NCBI GenBank assembly: GCA_964493715.1
Contig: CAZBPC010000084.1
Coordinates: forward strand, 1 to 14,905
Origin: an uncultured archaeon
GTDB taxonomy: Archaea > Asgardarchaeota > Lokiarchaeia > Sigyniarchaeales > SOKP01
Direction: 5' to 3'
DNA length: 14,905 bases
Both the position numbers and the translations under genes were made by a program. This document shows, one piece after another, positions 9,026-14,905 of this stretch (its first letter is position 1; each line of letters begins with the position of its first letter). Below the pieces are notes generated by a model. The model worked only from the letters and a program-made list of their open reading frames with translations. It made no database searches and had not been told where the DNA came from.

Positions 9026-9661
9026 ATGCGGTTAGAAAAAGGAAATCAGAAAAAAAATTATCCTGGAAGTTTAATTTTAGTCGTTGGTAATTCTGGATCC
9101 GGTAAAGATTCGATAATGAAAGGGGTAAAAAATAAATTTGCTTCTGATAAAAGATCTCTATATCTTTCTCAAAGATATATAACGAGACCTTCTTCAAATA
9201 CAGAAGATAATATTGCTATATCCCCCGAAGAATTCAGAAAAATATCTTTAAAAGGAATGTTTGCATTAGAATGGCACATTTATGGACTTGATTATGGGAT
9301 TCCAATTGAAATTGATGATTGGTTAGAAAAAGGGGACATAGTTTTAGTTAATGTGAGCAGATCCATTGTAAAAGAAGCGCGTGATATTTATCAAAACATA
9401 AAAGTGGTTTTTGTTGAAGTCCCGTTCGATATAACTCTTAAAAGAATTAAGGAACGCGCAAGAGAAAGCGGAGAAGGATTAGAAATGAGAATTCAAAGAG
9501 CAAAAAAAAATCAAACTTTTCCTGATGCCGACTTTATCGTTGATAATTCTGGAGATTTAGAAGATGCAATTAATAAATTATTAGACTATATTCTTACTAC
9601 TATTCAAACCAAAAAAAAAAATAATAAAACACATAAAATTCTAGTTAAAGGTAGTAATTGA
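9026..9661 (+). CDS. phnN: Ribose 1,5-bisphosphate phosphokinase (guanylate-kinase-like)
   Basis: P-loop GNSGSGKDS, RYITRP, and 'FALEWHIYGLDYGIPIEIDDWL...VNVSR' matching the PhnN signature. Confidence 0.88.
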   Translation: MRLEKGNQKKNYPGSLILVVGNSGSGKDSIMKGVKNKFASDKRSLYLSQRYITRPSSNTEDNIAISPEEFRKISLKGMFALEWHIYGLDYGIPIEIDDWLEKGDIVLVNVSRSIVKEARDIYQNIKVVFVEVPFDITLKRIKERARESGEGLEMRIQRAKKNQTFPDADFIVDNSGDLEDAINKLLDYILTTIQTKKKNNKTHKILVKGSN

Positions 9662-9765
9662 GTTTTATTTCTGAATATTAGTAATGTTTTTATCTATATT
9701 TTCTTAAATATTATAGTTTCAATTCTTCCTTTTTTGAGATAATAAAATTGTAAATTTGAAATAAG

Positions 9766-11337
9766 ATGGCTGAGTTTAGTAATAATTGGAATACTGATAA
9801 GGAAATTATTAAACCGGTTAAAAAGAAGAATAATGTTAAGATAGAGGTTAAAAATTCTGAAATTGTAAATGGCCACCTCCTTGATTTTAAAGAGATTGAA
9901 GATCCATTTGAAGAATATAACGATTTTAATCCTTCTGAAGATAGTAATAAAATTTTGAAAGAATTCAATGAATTTAGTCCAACTGAAGCAGTTACAGAGC
10001 TTTCACCTCGTAAAACAAAATGCAAAGAAATAAATTATAATTTAAAAATTAAATCTTTACCAAAGAAAGCCAGAAATATAATTTGTGAAGAAATCTATAA
10101 AAAATTAAATGAGAATAGTACTGTTTCAAATTCCATAATTGTAAAAACAATAATCCAAGATATAAGAAATATTAAAAAACAACCGAATTGGATAAGTAAA
10201 ATACAGAATACTGAATTGAAAGAAGTAAGGATTAAACTGTCTAAGATCAGTGTAAAGAATGATATTGAAAATAGTTTTGTAAAATATTTTTATGATCTTG
10301 CTAATTTGGTTGAACATATGAGAAATTTAATTAAGAAAGACCAACCTATTAATTTTTCAAAACTCAGTCGTAATTTAATAGAACAAGGTAAAGGTTTAAA
10401 TTTAACTAAAAGAGGTTTAGAAGAAATTATTTCAGGAGTTTATACATATTTTAAACAAAATCTAGAAGATTTCAAACTTGAACGGGCTAAAAGAAAACCG
10501 ATCTCAGGAACTGAATCAGAGAAGGAATCAATAAGATGTTTACGAAAAGAATATAAATTGTTAATTGAGATATATAATGGTCAAATTGCTGGAAAATGCT
10601 CAATTTCAAATTGCAATACTGATTTCACGCGATTACCTGCATTCGACTTTCATCATGAAGATTTGAATATTAAAACTATTTCTTGGAATGAAATAATGCA
10701 CAAAAAATATTATGAAATAAAAAAAACCTTAGAGGCTCAAAAAGTAAAACCTATTTGTAAAAATTGCCATTTACCTAAAAATGCCAAAATTTTCAATGAT
10801 TTTAAATCTATAATATTGAAGAAAGACTTATTTTCTTTTTCAAGTAAAAATATTGATAAACTTATAAATTTGGAAGTAGATAATTATAAAATTAACGATG
10901 ATACAAACTACACGGCTGCGTCACTAAAGATTGAAGTAAAGAGATGGATAAAAAAAAGGGCTGTTATTGAACAAGTTTTCAATGGAAAGTGTGTTTCTTG
11001 CGGAGAAAATCGCCTTCCATCTTTACAAACACACCATACTAATCAAGATCTTAAAGTTCATAGATGGGGTGATATTTCTCGTAAATGGAGTATTAAAGAA
11101 TTAATCAATAATTATATTATCAAAGAAGAATGTGTGTGTTTATGCGGAAATTGCCACGCTATGATAAATACAAAAAATTTTGAAAACAACGTGGATAAAG
11201 TACTTGGGGATAAATATGTTCAAGAAGTTAAAGAAGATTATTATAAGATTAAATCCGCTATTATGAAGGATGTGAACAGAATTAAAAAAATCAAAAATGG
11301 CATATGTAACCTAACAGTTAAGGATTATTTAAAATAA
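9766..11337 (+). CDS. Protein with two tandem Zn-binding HNH-like endonuclease domains
   Basis: Domain 1 (about 10591-10770): GKCSISNC...RLPAFDFHH...PICKNCH. Domain 2 (about 10984-11157): GKCVSCG..RLPSLQTHH...CLCGNCH. Acidic low-complexity N-terminus. Confidence 0.75.
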   Translation: MAEFSNNWNTDKEIIKPVKKKNNVKIEVKNSEIVNGHLLDFKEIEDPFEEYNDFNPSEDSNKILKEFNEFSPTEAVTELSPRKTKCKEINYNLKIKSLPKKARNIICEEIYKKLNENSTVSNSIIVKTIIQDIRNIKKQPNWISKIQNTELKEVRIKLSKISVKNDIENSFVKYFYDLANLVEHMRNLIKKDQPINFSKLSRNLIEQGKGLNLTKRGLEEIISGVYTYFKQNLEDFKLERAKRKPISGTESEKESIRCLRKEYKLLIEIYNGQIAGKCSISNCNTDFTRLPAFDFHHEDLNIKTISWNEIMHKKYYEIKKTLEAQKVKPICKNCHLPKNAKIFNDFKSIILKKDLFSFSSKNIDKLINLEVDNYKINDDTNYTAASLKIEVKRWIKKRAVIEQVFNGKCVSCGENRLPSLQTHHTNQDLKVHRWGDISRKWSIKELINNYIIKEECVCLCGNCHAMINTKNFENNVDKVLGDKYVQEVKEDYYKIKSAIMKDVNRIKKIKNGICNLTVKDYLK

Positions 11338-11457
11338 GAATAATTTTATTGATTTAATTTGATGATCTTGAAGAAAAGAAGAAATTTTTTTTAATAATCT
11401 TAAATTAGATTTAATTAGTTAATTTTTTAAAAATGGCCCGGTTCGTATAGTGGTTAG

Positions 11458-11503
11458 AATATAAATCTGGAGAATTTTCAGATCCCAGAACTTATATAAC
11501 CAA
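11458..11503 (+). other. tRNA intron 1, 46 nt, position 22/23 (D-arm), BHB type
   Basis: Central helix GGTT (11452-11455)/AACC (11498-11501), bulges AGA and AAT, inner helix ATATAA/TTATAT, outer helix TAGT/ATTG with wobbles. Confidence 0.88.
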
Positions 11504-11526
11504 TATTGGGGACTGTGAATCCCTAG

Positions 11527-11556
11527 AAGTATAAGTAATTCCTTAATACTGGGGAA
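11527..11556 (+). other. tRNA intron 2, 30 nt, position 45/46 (variable loop), BHB/BHL type
   Basis: Central helix CCCT (11521-11524)/GGGG (11551-11554), bulges AGA and AAA, inner helix AGTAT/ATACT. The outer helix is weak, so this is a relaxed motif. Confidence 0.85.
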
Positions 11557-11706
11557 AGGCGAGTTCAATTCTCGCATCGGGCCCTATTTTATTTTCAATT
11601 CAATCCATTTACTTTAGAATGTTTTTTTCTGAGTTATAAAGTAGAAAATTAATATTTTTTGATATATTTTCAATTATAATTTAAAGATGATCTTCAGGAT
11701 TACAAT

Positions 11707-12177
11707 ATGGTCGATTTAGATTTAGACAAACTTCGAGATTTACCTGGATGGAAAGGGGCCCCAATCCATATTTGCATGGATGCAGATTATCGTGGATTGA
11801 CTTTTTGTTGCAAACCAGGATATTCCTTGACATTTGGTTATAAATGTAAGAGAGACGAAACTCTAAGTGAAATAGGACTTTCTCCTGAAGAATTTATTCG
11901 AGTTAAGGAAGATTTTTCTAAAGAAAATAACTGGGATTCTGATGTTGTTTGCTTTGGTTCAATGTCATATTGTTGCATGCGTCGTGGAGGGTGTCCAAGG
12001 AGAGATTTAGCACTTTTCGATAGATATCCAAATAAAACGAAAGAAGAAATCATGGAAATTTACTATAAAAAAAAACGAGAATTAGCTATTAGGATCTTAA
12101 AAGCTGTTGATAACCCTAAAGGCAAGGAAAAAGTTATGCCTTACATTATCCTCTTAGAGAATGATAATAATTTATAG
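11707..12177 (+). CDS. Methanogenesis marker 9-like cysteine-rich protein
   Basis: 'WKGAPIHICMDADYRGLTFCCKP...IGLSPEEFIRVKEDF...CFGSMSYCC...CPRRD' follows the two-repeat CC pattern of marker-9 domains as I recall it. Confidence 0.78.
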   Translation: MVDLDLDKLRDLPGWKGAPIHICMDADYRGLTFCCKPGYSLTFGYKCKRDETLSEIGLSPEEFIRVKEDFSKENNWDSDVVCFGSMSYCCMRRGGCPRRDLALFDRYPNKTKEEIMEIYYKKKRELAIRILKAVDNPKGKEKVMPYIILLENDNNL

Positions 12178-12191
12178 GAGTTTATTGTTTT

Positions 12192-13148
12192 ATGATTGTT
12201 TCACTTACACATGAACATGATCTTGATGGATTAGGTTCCCAAGCGATAATTAAACGTTATTTTGATTTGAATAATAAACGTGATTCAAAAAATTTAATGC
12301 TTCTTTATGCACAATATATTGATTTTAGTGATAAGATTAAATTTATCTTGAACTTTGATAAGCTCCCAAAGGAATTGATTATTTCAGATATAGGTTTTAA
12401 TGAAGAGTTTATGGAGATTTTTCCGCTAATTAAAAAAGCATATACCCTTAGTTGTAAAATTTCTTGGTTTGATCATCACATTGTTGATCCCAGAGTCAAA
12501 GAAAAAATAAGATCGATGTCATCTATCTATTTAAATGATGAAAATAGGTGCGCTGCTGAAATCGTTCAGAATTATTTTTTACCAAATGATGATATAGCAA
12601 TTCGCATCGCAGAATTGGCTCGAGATTCTGACTTTAAAACAAAAAAATTCCAGTTCGCGACAAATCTTCAATCTATTATTGGTTATAATAGAGGAGAAGA
12701 AAAATTACTTGAAAGGAGGTACTTGGTCGATTTGCTCTCAAAAGGGGAGTTTTCTCATCCGTGGTTTGATTCCCAATTAAACGAAATACAGTACTGGATT
12801 GAAGAACAATCTAATTTAGCTTTGAATACAGCAACAAAATATAAACTGGATAAAGATAAGGAGTTCATTATTTCTTTTTCTGGAATTGGGGGAGGTAAAA
12901 TAAATGATATTGTACGAGAAAAGTATCCCCAAATATTTGCGTATATTGGAATAGATATACGCTATGGTGAAATCATAATCCATAGTGAACATATAAATTG
13001 TCGTGATTTTGCAATTTCGTTTGGTGGTGGTGGTCATGAAGAAAGAGCGGGTTTTAAATATATGCACATTCAATTAGATGATGGTAAACTAAATCCTCAG
13101 TTTATTCAAGATATGAAATCAAAATTAATTAATCAATTAAAGGATTAA
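12192..13148 (+). CDS. DHH/DHHA1-family phosphoesterase (nanoRNase-like)
   Basis: Motifs HEHDLDG, ISDIG, WFDHH and C-terminal GGGGHEERAG; 14 bp after the upstream gene. Confidence 0.9.
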   Translation: MIVSLTHEHDLDGLGSQAIIKRYFDLNNKRDSKNLMLLYAQYIDFSDKIKFILNFDKLPKELIISDIGFNEEFMEIFPLIKKAYTLSCKISWFDHHIVDPRVKEKIRSMSSIYLNDENRCAAEIVQNYFLPNDDIAIRIAELARDSDFKTKKFQFATNLQSIIGYNRGEEKLLERRYLVDLLSKGEFSHPWFDSQLNEIQYWIEEQSNLALNTATKYKLDKDKEFIISFSGIGGGKINDIVREKYPQIFAYIGIDIRYGEIIIHSEHINCRDFAISFGGGGHEERAGFKYMHIQLDDGKLNPQFIQDMKSKLINQLKD

Positions 13149-13528
13149 TATCAAGATATGGTTCCAGATATTATCAAGAGAGGAATAAATTTACGTGAAA
13201 TTGGCGTTTCACGATGAAGTGACAATTGATATCATCAATTGGATCAAGGGTATTTTTTACATTCAATAACGATAAATAAAGCAATAAATCTTTACCTGTT
13301 CAAACTCATGTATTATTTACACAAACTCGATTAAAATTTGAAGAAATGCAAGGAATTAAATCATATCTTTTTATAGATTAATATTTTTAAAACAATTTAT
13401 TTAAATATAGTTCTTTATTAGAAAGGATATAAAGAGAATTGGTTTCTCGAAATATTATGACTTTTAAATGATGAGAGTAAAATTGATTGAGAATCCAATG
13501 TTTGAATGTATGGTAGGGTAAAAAAACT

Positions 13529-14641
13529 ATGAAAATAGCAAGAATTAAAGGAATTGATATTGTACTTCATTTGAGTACTTTAGTGATTGTGGCTTTAGTA
13601 GGATTTTTTGCTGCAGAATATTATTTTGGACTTGATTCACATGCAACAATAATAGAATTGATTTTAGTTGGGTTGCTTAATGGTATTATTATTTTAATCT
13701 CTATTTTATTACATGAACTGACTCACTCATTAATTGCGAAAGCATATGGTTTAAAGGTGTCTCAAATCGAATTATATCTATTTGGAGGGGTCTCTGAGAT
13801 AGAACAAGAGCCTCAGACACCTAAGAGTGAATTTGTTATTTCTTTATTTGGTCCCGTATCAAGTTTAATCATAGGAGTTCTATTTCTTCTTCCACTTTGG
13901 TTAATTCATATTAATTTATCAGCATTTCTTTTTGTTACTCTTTTCTATTCTGGATATACTAACATAGTATTAGGTGTTTTTAACATGCTACCTGCTTATC
14001 CCATGGATGGTGGAAGAGTTCTAAGAGCTGCTCTTTGGTCAAAGAGACATGATATATTGTCAGCAACAAAGACAGCTTCTAGAGCAGGAAGTTTCATAGC
14101 TTATGGCTTGATATCGTTTGGTTTTTTTTATATTCTGTTTTTTGATTTTTTTACCGGTTTATGGTTGATTATCATCGGCTTTTTTTTGAACAATCAATCT
14201 CGGAGATCTTATGTCCAAACTTTACATGAAATAACATTATCAAAAATAGAAGTAAGAAATATGATAACTCCCATAAAAATAGAAATCCCATTTGACATGA
14301 AAATAATTGATGCAATAAAGAATTATTTTATGGTTTACAGGAAATCTTATTTTCCAGTTGTTCAAAATGATAAGATTGTTGGATTAATTCATGTTGAAGA
14401 TATTAAAAGAATTCCTATTGATTTAAGAGATAACCATCTTGTTGGACATGCTATGAAGGATTTATCAAACTTTCCAACTGTTTCTTTGGATGAAAATGGG
14501 AAAGATGCATTATATAAACTAATGAAGAGTAAAACAAAACAACATATTTTAGTTGTACTTGATGTTAATAATAAAATAGTGGGCTTTATTGGAGAAGATG
14601 AATTAGTTTCAACAATCAGATTTTCAAAACAACAGATATAG
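13529..14641 (+). CDS. Site-2 protease (M50 family Zn metalloprotease) with C-terminal CBS pair
   Basis: HELTH (HExxH), [24 protein letters not shown], multiple TMs, and CBS motifs 'YFPVV...IVGLI' and 'IVGFI'. Confidence 0.95.
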   Translation: MKIARIKGIDIVLHLSTLVIVALVGFFAAEYYFGLDSHATIIELILVGLLNGIIILISILLHELTHSLIAKAYGLKVSQIELYLFGGVSEIEQEPQTPKSEFVISLFGPVSSLIIGVLFLLPLWLIHINLSAFLFVTLFYSGYTNIVLGVFNMLPAYPMDGGRVLRAALWSKRHDILSATKTASRAGSFIAYGLISFGFFYILFFDFFTGLWLIIIGFFLNNQSRRSYVQTLHEITLSKIEVRNMITPIKIEIPFDMKIIDAIKNYFMVYRKSYFPVVQNDKIVGLIHVEDIKRIPIDLRDNHLVGHAMKDLSNFPTVSLDENGKDALYKLMKSKTKQHILVVLDVNNKIVGFIGEDELVSTIRFSKQQI

Positions 14642-14705
14642 TGGAACTTCGTATATTTCTATAAACTACACTAAAGTATTGATTTTTTCTCTATTTATTA
14701 TTTAT

Positions 14706-14721
14706 TCACCTTATAAGGTGA
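14706..14721. repeat. Perfect 16-bp palindrome
   Basis: TCACCTTATAAGGTGA equals its own reverse complement. Confidence 0.6.
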
Positions 14722-14905
14722 TTTAGTAACGTAGATGGAGCATATGGCTTTTTAAACCCCAAATTGCTAAAAAAAAATTCAGCAGAAAAGCATTGTCATT
14801 TTTACCATACGTGTAATAAAAACACTTGTTATTTCTTGATATTTGATGTGTTGGAAATTCAGTCATTATATTAAGCCCAAATCTTAGGATCGTTAGCAGA
14901 AAAAA

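Larger units (their letters stand above)
11435..11583 (+). tRNA. trnH: tRNA-His(GUG) with encoded G-1 and two non-canonical BHB introns
   Basis: Removing 11458-11503 and 11527-11556 gives a 73-nt cloverleaf: G-GCCCGGT-TC-GTAT-AGTGGTTA-GTAT-T-GGGGA-CTGTGAA-TCCCT-AGAG-GCGAG-TTCAATT-CTCGC-ATCGGGC-C. Anticodon GTG at 11515-11517, G-1:C73 His identity, CCA not encoded. Confidence 0.93.

Noticed and set aside
11458-11503. Intron 1 as a C/D-box guide RNA
   Set aside because: No RUGAUGA or CUGA boxes on the sense strand, and the intron is short.
4180-12053. Short overlapping ORFs (4180..4362, 4890..5159, 5046..5276, 6822..7004, 9694..9876, 9711..10025, 10126..10317, 11838..12053)
   Set aside because: They overlap stronger genes and show no motifs.
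12816-13073. Minus-strand 85-aa ORF
   Set aside because: Antisense to the DHHA1 domain.
13160-13260. Hammerhead- or SECIS-like reading of the twin hairpins
   Set aside because: TTGATGA...GAAAC occurs on the minus strand, but stems I-III cannot be built. No in-frame UGA selenoprotein candidate is adjacent.
14720-14905. Short minus-strand frames near the right edge
   Set aside because: Under 50 codons or cut by the window edge, with no supportable homology.
1-14905. CRISPR array, rRNA, transposase or integrase
   Set aside because: No regularly spaced repeats, rRNA-like sequence or recombinase motifs seen.

Overview
AT-rich archaeal chromosomal window, most likely from an Asgard (Lokiarchaeia-like) genome; the taxonomy is inferred from BHB tRNA introns, composition and gene families. 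The left third looks accessory and rearranged: a 5'-truncated multi-TM/Ig-like ORF with a sharp internal GC step, a small downstream membrane gene, a vapBC toxin-antitoxin pair and a 3' remnant of lsrF. The middle holds ordinary genes: MBL-fold hydrolase, Zn-dependent dehydrogenase, DUF3795-like Cys-rich protein, RHH regulator, DtxR/MntR regulator and an isolated phnN. The best-supported surprise is absent from the ORF track: a tRNA-His(GUG) gene at 11435-11583 interrupted by two non-canonical bulge-helix-bulge introns (22/23 and 45/46). It lies 97 bp downstream of a tandem-HNH protein gene and upstream of a methanogenesis-marker-9-like gene and a DHH phosphoesterase. The last complete gene is an M50+CBS site-2 protease. 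All family calls come from motif recognition by eye; no searches were run.
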